Below are positions 26,358-36,700 of a stretch of 64,000 bases of DNA, piece by piece. Position 1 is the stretch's first letter, and every line of letters starts with the position of its first letter. The stretch is taken from assembly GCA_051294905.1 (NCBI GenBank), contig CM119380.1:23746001-23810000 (forward strand), in the 5' to 3' direction. Position numbers and translations under genes: made by a program. The DNA is from Botryllus schlosseri (taxonomy: Eukaryota). The notes beneath the pieces are model-generated. The model saw nothing but the letters and a program-made list of their open reading frames with translations, had not been told where the DNA came from and made no database searches.

Positions 26358-29300
26358 ACACTGTACTGTACAACGTAACTAATCAGGTGAAAGTAATTAT
26401 TGCCTAATCGCGGATTACCACATTCTACCCCCCTTGCATTTTGTAAATTCACATATAAAAATGACAGAAGAATATCAATGACTAACAAAATTACCATACC
26501 GATCCGGCTGGCGCCTAACTCTAGTTGAACGCCGAAGCTCGACGTCTAGATTTCTACTCGAATCATCTGGTACATCCTCTGAATGGTTAGATTCTTGAGG
26601 CTCTTCATCAGATGACTTCAACTCAACGTTAGAAACTTCGCGACTTGGCTCGTGGCCATCGATATCAACAGAACAAGGTTCAGCTTGTTTCGTTTCAGGA
26701 TTAGTCGACGGTGTTTCTTCTCCAGTAGGAAAACGGGCCAAATCGTTGAGTGAGACGTTGGACTCGCGGCCGTTAGGAAAACGAACACGTGCGTAAGTCG
26801 GGTTGGCTTCAAGAAGTTCGACCTCAGAACATAGTTCGTCGCCCTTGTTTCTGACGAATTTGCGTAAGAAAACTGGCCCCGGTGTCAATAGCCAGGATGG
26901 CACGCTATTCCCCACCATACTTTTTCTTGGAAAGGAAAAGAATCGGTCATGCGGTGTTGAATTAGTTGACGTGCAAAGTAGCGATCGAACTGAATGTAAC
27001 GCATGAGGAAGGGCGTCAGCCCAACATGATTCTGAGACTCCGGTTGATTTCAAAATGAGTTTGATAGTTCGCCATAATGTTTGATTAAGGCGTTCGCACT
27101 GCGAATTTCCTGTTGGGTGGTAAGGCGTAGTGAAACTAGTTGCAACCCCGCGAGAATGTAAATAATCCTTGACTTCCTTGGACACGAAAGCGGTGCCTCG
27201 GTCACTGTGAACGTATCCCGGAAGTCCAAAAACAGCGAATAGTGTCGACAAACACGAAACGACGGTTAGCGCGGAAGTGTTGCGACATGGAAAGGCGAAC
27301 GGAAAACGACTATATTCGTCTATGACAACGAACATGAAAGGGGATTTGTTAGATTTCAAAGGCCCTTTGAAGTCTACGTTGATTCTTTCCCAAGGTTTCG
27401 TTGCTTTCACAAGCACTTGCGGATTGCATTTGTAAAAATTTGGTTTGATTTGAGCACAAATGCGGCAACGAGCGCAAGTCTCACGGACGTCATTTAGGGA
27501 GAACGAGAGATTTTTCGAACGAACAAAATGATGCAGCCTTGTGACTCCTGGATGACCCAGAGTGTCGTGTATGCGATTTAGATTAGAACCCAACTCACAG
27601 GGTGAAATCGATGCGCAATACGAAGATGTGGTCCGCGAAAACATATCAGCCGCAACATTCAGTGCCCCCGGTTTGTGTACGATATCATACGAAAATTGAC
27701 CAAGTTCGACACGCCACAGCTGGATTTTGGTATTTTTGATTTTACCTTTAGATTTGCCGTCAAACATGAACGCGACAGATCTCTGGTCAGTAACAAGAGC
27801 GAAATGCCTGCCATGTAAAAAATGAGCCCATTTACGAACTGCCGCGATAATTGAGGACGCTTCTTTCTCGACAGAGGAGTAGCGTATTTCACTTGGCGAT
27901 AGTGCTTTTGACATGAACGCGACCGGTCGACCGTTTTGACTAAGGATAGCTGCAATGGCTGCATTAGAAGCATCACACTCTATTGTGAACGGACTTGTCT
28001 CGTCGATCCTACCAAGAGACGCGTCAACTAACTCGCGTTTTAAATCGTTAAATGCGATAGATGCATTTTCGGAAAGCGGAAATTTTTCGACTGAATACAA
28101 AGGACGGATTTTGTCGGAGAAGTTGGGCAACCATTTGGCATAGTAGGCAAACATGCCACACACTCGTTTTAGTTCTGGGTTGTTGCGTGGCGGCAATAAA
28201 TCGATTAACGGCTTGAGTCTTTCTGGGTCCGGTTTGATCACGCCATGCGACACGCGATAACCGAGCAAGTCTATTTCCGTAGAACGGATGATCGACTTCG
28301 AATGATTGAAAGTGAGGCTGAATCGCTGAGCAGCATTGAGAAACGCGTCGAGATTCCGATCGTGGTCGTCCTTATCCATACCGCAAACAGTAATATTATC
28401 CAGATAAGCGAAGGTGCCGGTGAGCTTGTTGTCTTTTATGACGTTGTCTATTATTCTTTGAAATGCCGAAACTCCGTTGGTGACTCCAAATGGCAATCGA
28501 CGGTATTGGTAAAGATTTCCAGCGGCTTCGAATGCCGTATACGGACGATCATCAGGTGATAGTGTCACTTGATAATACGCGGACTTCAGATCTAACGTAC
28601 TGAAAACTTTGAAACGGGCGATGTTGTTGACTTGGTCATCGATCCTTGGTAAAGGATAGGCGTCTAGTAAGGTATACCTGTTGACCGTCTGAGAGAAGTC
28701 GATGACCATGCGCTTCTTGTGTCGACCGTCATTTACAACAAGAACCTGTGCTCGCCAAGGCGATGAGGACGGCTCGATGATTCCTTCCTTCTCGAGTTTC
28801 GCAACTTCCGCTTTAATGAAATGTAGATCGGCTTCGCTGTATCTTCTGGATTTAGTGGCAATCGGTTTACAATTCGGTGTCATAAACTTGAAAATTTGCG
28901 GTGCTTCGACACACGCTTGAGCAACTCCGCATACACTGTACTTCTGATCTCGAGGGAGTTCCAAGGTATCTCTATCTCCGTCCATATTGAAAATGACTCG
29001 TTTATGCAAGTTCATGAAATCGAGACCAAGTACCACATCAGCGCATAAATCTTCCATTCCTTTAAGAGGGAATTCCGTATATTTCGTTTCGTTTACAAGA
29101 ATGTCCGGTCTGTAGAGTTCTTCAATCTTGCGGGAATGGGATTTGGAAGCAAATGTAACCGTAGAGGAGTACGGAGTGGATTTCAGGTCAATTTCGTTGG
29201 CGTATCCAGTGCTTATGAAGCTTTCCGCGGAACCGGAGTCGATTAAAGCAAATGTTATGTGGCTGCCGATCTTAACCACGATTCTTGCTTTTATGAGACA

Positions 29301-30365
29301 TTTGGGTACTCCGATGGCGCTGAAGTATGAGATCATTGCAGTTACTGTTCTCCTGTTGTCGGTGGCCTTTCTCATGTAAACCACTTCACAATGACCTAGG
29401 ACTCCACAATAGCCACACTCGCTCCGTTTCGCTGGACATTTATATCGCGAGTAGAATGTCTGACCGCAAAAAAAGCACTTCCGATCAGGTTTGGTTGTTT
29501 TGCTCATTGCGTTGAGTCGACTGCGAGTTTCTGCGGATGATAGTTCGACTTCAGGATTCAAAGATTTTTCCAGCGGTTCGACGCCGACAGATGAACATGG
29601 AGTGCTGCAATAGATACTAGAGCTTCGCTGGGCGAATTCTAATGAGCGGGCTTTTGAGATCGCCACTTCGAGGGTTACAGCCCCGTCACTTTCTAATAAC
29701 CTCTGTCTGATAACGTTTGATCGGAGACCAGTAACGAAAGCGTCGCGGATGGACTCCTTGCGATGATCTTCCGCCGAGAGAGTCTTGAATGTGCAATCTT
29801 TCGCTAGATCTGCCAAGGCGCGGGAAAATTCCTCGATCGTCTCTTCGGGCTTCTGAATACGGGTTACTAGCATGTGGCGGACGAAGATTTCGTTCTTTTG
29901 CTTGATATAAATTTTGTCGAGAAGTTCTATTGCGGTATCGTAAGTCGAACTTTCTTCAAAATAGGAATAGACAGACGACGACACGAAATTCGTTAAGATC
30001 TTCAGCTTGTCGATCTGTGTATCTTGATCAAATAATGAAAGAAAATTATCGAAGGTCTTCTTCCAATGCTTATACTGTTTTTCAGCGGAGGCGGAGTCCG
30101 GACTGATATCGAGCTTGGCTGGTTTCAGAATCCTTTCTGCCATAATTCTATGTTGCTTAAATTGTCGTAAACTGACTATTGCGTTGAATAACTAACTGAA
30201 GCTTTATTAAAGCAAAGGTAACCAATGTGGCTTTAAGCAACATAGAACACAACTGACAGCAGAACAGAAGAGAATAGAAAGACACGAGAACGATAAGGCG
30301 ACACTGTACTGTACAACGTAACTAATCAGGTGAAAGTAATTATTGCCTAATCGCGGATTACCACA
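26355..30365 (-). mobile_element. Ty3/Gypsy LTR retrotransposon with a full 5' LTR (30163-30365) and a truncated 3' LTR (26355-26422)
   Basis: 203-bp LTR with TG...CA ends (TGTGGTAA...TTACGACA on the - strand) and AATAAA inside. PPT AAGGGGGGTAGAA at 26423-26435 abuts the 3' LTR. TSD TAACG at 30366-30370. Confidence 0.93.
26475..30143 (-). CDS. Ty3/Gypsy single gag-pol polyprotein, 1222 aa
   Basis: Domain order: Gag with tandem Cys/His knuckle-like motif (CFFCG..CPAKRSECGYCGVLGH), protease (LIDSGS), RT (LDLKSAYYQ, PFGVTN, AYLDNI), RNase H (ECDAS..EKE..TDQ), integrase (H-H-C-C, VDF, SDRG..35 aa..E). No frameshift or stop. Confidence 0.96.
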   Translation of the reverse strand: MAERILKPAKLDISPDSASAEKQYKHWKKTFDNFLSLFDQDTQIDKLKILTNFVSSSVYSYFEESSTYDTAIELLDKIYIKQKNEIFVRHMLVTRIQKPEETIEEFSRALADLAKDCTFKTLSAEDHRKESIRDAFVTGLRSNVIRQRLLESDGAVTLEVAISKARSLEFAQRSSSIYCSTPCSSVGVEPLEKSLNPEVELSSAETRSRLNAMSKTTKPDRKCFFCGQTFYSRYKCPAKRSECGYCGVLGHCEVVYMRKATDNRRTVTAMISYFSAIGVPKCLIKARIVVKIGSHITFALIDSGSAESFISTGYANEIDLKSTPYSSTVTFASKSHSRKIEELYRPDILVNETKYTEFPLKGMEDLCADVVLGLDFMNLHKRVIFNMDGDRDTLELPRDQKYSVCGVAQACVEAPQIFKFMTPNCKPIATKSRRYSEADLHFIKAEVAKLEKEGIIEPSSSPWRAQVLVVNDGRHKKRMVIDFSQTVNRYTLLDAYPLPRIDDQVNNIARFKVFSTLDLKSAYYQVTLSPDDRPYTAFEAAGNLYQYRRLPFGVTNGVSAFQRIIDNVIKDNKLTGTFAYLDNITVCGMDKDDHDRNLDAFLNAAQRFSLTFNHSKSIIRSTEIDLLGYRVSHGVIKPDPERLKPLIDLLPPRNNPELKRVCGMFAYYAKWLPNFSDKIRPLYSVEKFPLSENASIAFNDLKRELVDASLGRIDETSPFTIECDASNAAIAAILSQNGRPVAFMSKALSPSEIRYSSVEKEASSIIAAVRKWAHFLHGRHFALVTDQRSVAFMFDGKSKGKIKNTKIQLWRVELGQFSYDIVHKPGALNVAADMFSRTTSSYCASISPCELGSNLNRIHDTLGHPGVTRLHHFVRSKNLSFSLNDVRETCARCRICAQIKPNFYKCNPQVLVKATKPWERINVDFKGPLKSNKSPFMFVVIDEYSRFPFAFPCRNTSALTVVSCLSTLFAVFGLPGYVHSDRGTAFVSKEVKDYLHSRGVATSFTTPYHPTGNSQCERLNQTLWRTIKLILKSTGVSESCWADALPHALHSVRSLLCTSTNSTPHDRFFSFPRKSMVGNSVPSWLLTPGPVFLRKFVRNKGDELCSEVELLEANPTYARVRFPNGRESNVSLNDLARFPTGEETPSTNPETKQAEPCSVDIDGHEPSREVSNVELKSSDEEPQESNHSEDVPDDSSRNLDVELRRSTRVRRQPDRYGNFVSH

Positions 30366-30924
30366 TAACGTTACTAGAAATAACCCAGTTCCGAAGTCAT
30401 GATCATCCCACAACTTTGTCACCAAGTGCAATGAAATCGGCATGGTCGAAAAAATACCAAAATCTCTTTAATGTGATGGATAACAGGAATTATAGTCTTT
30501 GTGGTCGCATAAAAGTATAGATAACTAAGGTAAACCGTAGATGCGACACTCGCGAGCATTACGTAACGTCACGCTCCAATTATACTCTACGGCACTGTTG
30601 TTGTTTTGCTTGGCGCTTATGCAGCAGGAGGCAGATTTCAGCATTAGGATGGCAATATCACCTATGTGAATCCGGCGGAATATGCTTACGTCATAAATAC
30701 GAATTTGCTGATTCATTCTCTCGCCAATGTTTCGCTCGTCGATGCACGAAATATTCATCACGGAAATAAATAATTTCATGCGTTGGTGAGAACAAAAGCA
30801 CGTGTAGAGAGGCTGAGAGGTCATATATATATATGCAATAGAATGTTACATTACCTATGGTTGTTAAGCGACGGAGTTGAACGATGAAACCGTATTACTG
30901 ATGATACCTGATTAGGGTCAGACT

Positions 30925-31943
30925 TTAAACTAAAAATATCGTACTGTAAAATGCCTTTCGCTTAATTATATTTGTATATGTTGTAGATAACACCTTCTAC
31001 TGTCCACGAAATGTAATCATTCAATCAGTACCTCGAAGGGAAAGCCAGCGGAATACTTGTAAATTGCGAATAATTCACAATGCCGGCAACGCAACTAGAT
31101 GGTCGCAACCAAATGGTCGTGAAAACTGCTAACTTTGAACTCCAAATATCCTATTATAAAATGTCTTTCGCTCGATTATACTCATATATGTTGTTGATAA
31201 GACCTTCTACTGTCCAGGAAATGCATTCATTCAATCAGTACCTCGAAGGGAAAGCCAGCGGAATACTTGTAAATTGCGAATAATTCACAATGCCGGCAAC
31301 GCAGCCAGATGGTCGCAACCAAATGGTTGACAAAACCGCTAACTTTAAACTAAAAATATCCTGCTGTAAAATGTCTTTCGCTCGATTATACTCATATATG
31401 TTGTAGATAAGACCTTCTACTGTCCAGGAAATGTATTCATTCAATCAGTACCTCGAAGGCAAAGCCAGCGGAATACTTGTAAATTGCGAATAATTCGCAA
31501 TGCCGGCAACGCAACTAGATGGTCGCAACCAAATGGTCGTGAAAACTGCTAACTTTGAACTCCAAATATCCTATTATAAAATGTCTTTCGCTCAATTATA
31601 CTCATATATGTTGTTGATAAGACCTTCTACTGTCCAGGAAATGCATTCATTCAATCAGTACCTCGAAGGGAAAGCCAGCGGAATACTTGTAAATTGCGAA
31701 AAATTCACAATGCCGGCAACGCAGCCAGATGGTCGCAACCAAATGGTTGACAAAACCGCTAACTTTAAACTAAAAATATCCTGCTGTAAAATGTCTTTCG
31801 CTCGATTATACTCATATATGTTGTAGATAAGACCTTCTACTGTCCAGGAAATGTATTCATTCAATCAGTACCTCGAAGGCAAAGCCAGCGGAATACTTGT
31901 AAATTGCGAATAATTCGCAATGCCGGCAACGCAACTAGATGGT
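30925..31943 (+). repeat. 210-bp tandem repeat array with alternating A/B variants (420-bp higher-order period)
   Basis: The marker AATGCCGGCAACGCA recurs at about 31079, 31289, 31499, 31709 and 31919. Confidence 0.95.
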
Positions 31944-32368
31944 ACCAAAAGCACCAAAAATTACTTCGTAAATGGACATAAATCCTATAATTTATGAAAT
32001 TTAATTCAAATTTTCTTCGCGCGATATATAGTGACTAGATGTTTTGATAATAATATGGGTACCACTCTACCCGCAAGAACAGCTAATTTATAGAGATCAG
32101 CATTTCGGCGTCATTTTTCACAATCCGCGACTAGAACTACTCTATTGACCGCCAACTAACTAAATTTGCGAAAGTATCTTACTTACCCATAACTTTTTGA
32201 ATTTTTATCGGAATTTCTTGCGGTTGCAGGAGACTGAGACTCTATTCTCTATCTCTCCCCCACTCTCTCTCCCCTATCTCTCTCCTCTCCTCCCCTCCCC
32301 CTCCCCTCTCTCTTTCTCTCTCTCCTTTCTATATGCTCTCATTCCCTTCTTTCTCTCCCCCACTATTC

Positions 32369-32497
32369 NNNNNNNNNNNNNNNNNNNNNNNNNNNNNNNN
32401 NNNNNNNNNNNNNNNNNNNNNNNNNNNNNNNNNNNNNNNNNNNNNNNNNNNNNNNNNNNNNNNNNNNNNNNNNNNNNNNNNNNNNNNNNNNNNNNNN
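32369..32497. other. Assembly gap (129 N), preceded by a pyrimidine-rich CT tract from about 32240
   Basis: Run of N. Confidence 1.
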
Positions 32498-32519
32498 TGA
32501 TAATTATGATGATATCACT

Positions 32520-32702
32520 AAAGCTCAACGTGATACTCCTACTTCATAACCATAGACATGGCTCCCATCATGTCCCATCATGGAAGTTTTTGTCATGTCA
32601 ACATGACATTTTAAAACCATGTCGGTGTTTTCATGGAATTAACATGAGAAAGAGGAAGTCATGTCATTTCCATGATAAAATCCATGTTTATTTTTTACAG
32701 TG
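32520..32702. mobile_element. Possible CACTA/EnSpm-type terminus fragment
   Basis: Ends TTTTTTACAGTG (reverse complement CACTGTAAAAAA) with CATG-rich subterminal repeats. The other end is not seen and may lie in the gap. Confidence 0.45.
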
Positions 32703-32915
32703 TACCCGCGTATCTTAAGGACACGCCTTTTCCTGGGCTGTTACCACGACAAACATTTGAAGCGTGTTGCCTTACATTTGCCGATAAAGTCTGGAATCAA
32801 GCAGCAAATATCGAAAATATTAATACGGTAGCCCTGACTTGTGACACAAAAGATATTTTGTGGTCCGATATACTATCCATAAGACCACCGTCTGATTTTG
32901 CATCAGCCAGACCCA

Positions 32916-33755
32916 GTTAGCAGTTTTCACGACCATTTGGTTGCGACCATCTAGTTGCGTTGCCGGCATTGCGAATTATTCGCAATTTACAAGTATTCCG
33001 CTGGCTTTGCCTTCGAGGTACTGATTGAATGAATACATTTCCTGGACAGTAGAAGGTCTTATCTACAACATATATGAGTATAATCGAGCGAAAGACATTT
33101 TACAGCAGGATATTTTTAGTTTAAAGTTAGCGGTTTTGTCAACCATTTGGTTGCGACCATCTAGTTGCGTTGCCGGCATTGCGAATTATTCGCAATTTAC
33201 AAGTATTCCGCTGGCTTTGCCTTCGAGGTACTGATTGAATGAATACATTTCCTGGACAGTAGAAGGTCTTATCTACAACATATATGAGTATAATCGAGCG
33301 AAAGACATTTTACAGCAGGATATTTTTAGTTTAAAGTTAGCGGTTTTGTCAACCATTTGGTTGCGACTATCTGGCTGCGTTGCCGGCATTGTGAATTATT
33401 CGCAATTTACAAGTATTCCGCTGGCTTTCCCTTCGAGGTACTGATTGAATGAATGCATTTCCTGGACAGTAGAAGGTCTTATCAACAACATATATGAGTA
33501 TAATTGAGCGAAAGACATTTTATAATAGGATATTTGGAGTTCAAAGTTAGCAGTTTTCACGACCATTTGGTTGCGACCATCTAGTTGCGTTGCCGGCATT
33601 GTGAATTATTCGCAATTTACAAGTATTCCGCTGGCTTTCCCTTCGAGGTACTGATTGAATGATTACATTTCGTGGACAGTAGAAGGTGTTATCTACAACA
33701 TATACAAATATAATTAAGCGAAAGGCATTTTACAGTACGATATTTTTAGTTTAAA
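32916..33755 (-). repeat. Inverted copy of the 210-bp tandem array
   Basis: Reverse complement of the array at 30925-31943; identical 69-aa ORFs recur every 210 bp. Confidence 0.95.
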
Positions 33756-36700
33756 GTCTGACCCTAATCAGGTATCATCAGTAATACGGTTTCATCGTTC
33801 AACTCCGTCGCTTAACAACCATAGGTAATGTAACATTCTATTGCATATATATATATGACCTCTCAGCCTCTCTACACGTGCTTTTGTTCTCACCAACGCA
33901 TGAAATTATTTATTTCCGTGATGAATATTTCGTGCATCGACGAGCGAAACATTGGCGAGAGAATGAATCAGCAAATTCGTATTTATGACGTAAGCATATT
34001 CCGCCGGATTCACATAGGTGGCAATATCTATCCATAGGGTATGTTTAGCGAGTAGCTGCTCCGTATGGTTACTAACCAAGGTTGTTGGATCCATGCTACA
34101 CAATCTGTGCTGGGAAAACGAGCAAACGAATACAACTTTGAAGCCATTAAATACGGCTGCCCGAAGCGATTTCTTGTTTCTGTATAGATAGAAGTCCGAA
34201 GTCCGAGGTGTCGTATTGAAAGTAATTATACTACTAATGACGTGTTGGTATAATATCAATCAGAATAAGAAACCGCATTTCAGTTGACGCGGGCTCGGCC
34301 TCTTCAAATTCTGTAGATACCGTTATGCCGCTTAGCACGGAATCGCGCCTTGTAGTAATGGGAATTATTGTTACTTGACAGAGGATAAATTCTTTGAATC
34401 TACTTGTAACCGTTGTGACTTGGCCGATGAAGATGGATTTGATTGAAAGTCACTGCTCACTGACCATGTTATCTGCTGTATAATGTCCAATGACATAGAG
34501 GACAATGATGGCAAAGAAGCAAGTGGTTGCTGGATATGAAATTTATACAAGGGTCACTATCATACCACCTACCAGCTATCTTCATTCAAGAATTCAGTAA
34601 TGGAATCACGCTATCCGAATACGACAACCGAAAGATTGATGGATTTTGGTACAAATTTTAGTCAAAGCTGGTGATCCCACCAAGCATTTCATGCATGGGA
34701 CTATTTCTATGAAAATTTATCAAGGACCAAGTTTCTTCTCGACAAAATGAAACTAAATGACGATGCTGAGTCCAGTCGAAGAGGATGAAAGTAAAGGTTG
34801 TGAAATTTGTGTGACATAAGACCTACGTAACATCATTGATGATCCCTCTATTATTGCACACTGCACAGCTTTGCCAAAGAGACTCTGTGAATGCCTGCAT
34901 GATGGAGTGACTAGCGTAACTCCACAGTCAGATATCCAAATCACCGCTGGAATTTATCTCAGAAGCACAAAACTCCATAAAACCAGCGCAATGTCAATTT
35001 CATCGTTTAAGCTGTCAGTGAAATGATTTTTCACATTTGACATAATTTAACGGGATGATTTATTACCGTAAGGCGGCTTCTATTTGCCACATTTTTGACA
35101 CCCAGTATTTTCAAAACATGCAGTTCAACCAGCGGGATTCGCAGCCCATCTGCTTTCAGATGTAGGAGCACCTCTGCGTACCAGATTGTCACCTACCCTC
35201 ATTAAGCATTGAATTCTACAAGATAATAGTTACACACAAATATTTTCACTCTCATACTACAAGATCCTTGTCAACGGGCAAATCTATAGTTATCTGCATA
35301 TAATAGTAACCTGGCTCGAATTCTATTGTCCACTCAGGGTCTCTCATCTGTAATTCACTGTCACAACATATATCCGTGAACAGTCGTATGATGGATGTGG
35401 AAAATCTTCATCTTGTCGTCATATCATTACTGTTAACCTATTTAACCCTTACATTATTCTAATCATTTATGTTTACGACTATTTATACAATCAGATGAGA
35501 CAGTGTACAACATGTTTGATGTGGGTGTGATCCGACAAGTTGAATGCGAAGGCCTCATCACTCATTCCTATCCTAGTATTCCGCATGTGTAGGCTATATC
35601 TTCCATGTCATTATTGATGCTGCCTTATTTGTTATGTATTTCGGTTTGATGGAAATATAGACACTCCCTTACTCCTGTGACTTATGACCATTGATTCGGT
35701 TCTCTAATCCTTGTTAGGCCCTCCCAGGTGAGACAAATTTGGTAAAATCGCATTTTATTGCTTCTTTCTTCATGATGATATAGAAAATAAATCACGAAAT
35801 ATGGCACATAAAAACAGAAACACCTGGACTGTTGGTTATGTCACAGTCAGATATATTTTGGCAGATTCCAACAGGTGGATAGTAACGAAATACTTCTACT
35901 TTTTCAAAGTACTCAAGTAACCTACTTGTAAGACTTACTAGCATGGTTATGATATTTGACTATTTCTAAACTCAGCCTAGAATAACAACTTTTATTGCGT
36001 TTGAGATGAAATTAACATCATTTCTACTTCAGTATTGGGTTTGTTTGCCTCCAAAATATGAATATTTGGCCAAGCCTCCCTCTTCATAGATGAAATGAAG
36101 GAGCCACGTGGTTGGAAATTGCAATGCAGATTTTACAATTTCCAAACCGCGGTGTTCTCCTCCGAGAGGGCCACGTGTGTTGTTGAAAGTGCCCATGCAA
36201 TGTACTGTTGCTCACAACGCACCAAATTTTCCTCCTTAAAGTTTCTTCTTCCTTGACTGGACTCATTAGCTTCATTGTGCCGAGCAAAACGTTTGATAAA
36301 TTTGATCCTTGATAAACTTTCATAGAAATAGTCCCATGCGTGAAATGCTTCTGCGTTATCACCTGCTTCGACTGAAATTCACATCGACTTCCATCAATTT
36401 TCTGCTTGCCGCATTGGGACAGCCGTATTCCATTACAGACTTATTGAATGAAGATAGATGGTAGGCAGTAGTATTGTGGCTATTCTGAGCAATGCACTAG
36501 GTTCCAGAGTCTTATCACCAGTTGCCACTTGCTTCCTTGTCGTCACTCTCCTGTCCTCCATATCATTGTACATTATTCAGCAGATCTTGAATAAGATCCG
36601 CAGTGAATAGTCTCAATCAAATCTGCCTGTCTAGGCCAAGTCGCAACAGTTGCAATTAGATTCAAACAAATAATCGTCTGTCAAGTAATAAAAATTCCTA

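Larger units (their letters stand above)
30659..34020. mobile_element. Inner Galileo-like foldback element (TIRs ~1.1-1.3 kb containing 210-bp tandem repeats), inserted in the left TIR of the outer element
   Basis: Termini CACCTATGTGAATCC / GGATTCACATAGGTG. 7-bp TSD GCAATAT at 30652-30658 and 34021-34027. Arms 30659 to ~31943 and ~32916-34020 are near-identical inverted copies. The centre contains a 129-N gap. Confidence 0.8.

Noticed and set aside
26618-29515. Plus-strand ORFs overlapping the Gypsy polyprotein (and alternate-frame ORFs within FoxB)
   Set aside because: Short shadow ORFs with no recognisable motifs.
32197-32718. ORFs spanning the N run
   Set aside because: Artefacts of the assembly gap and the CT-rich tract.
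30925-33755. CRISPR-like or gene-array interpretation of the regular repeats (also 45100-45515)
   Set aside because: Eukaryotic context, no unique spacers and no cas genes; these are tandem repeats inside TIRs.
34261-34800. Protein-like frames in the outer foldback TIRs (e.g. AFHAWDYFYE, GCWIHATQSVLGK)
   Set aside because: Both arms have many stops and frameshifts, and I recognise no family; not supportable as a gene without a profile search.
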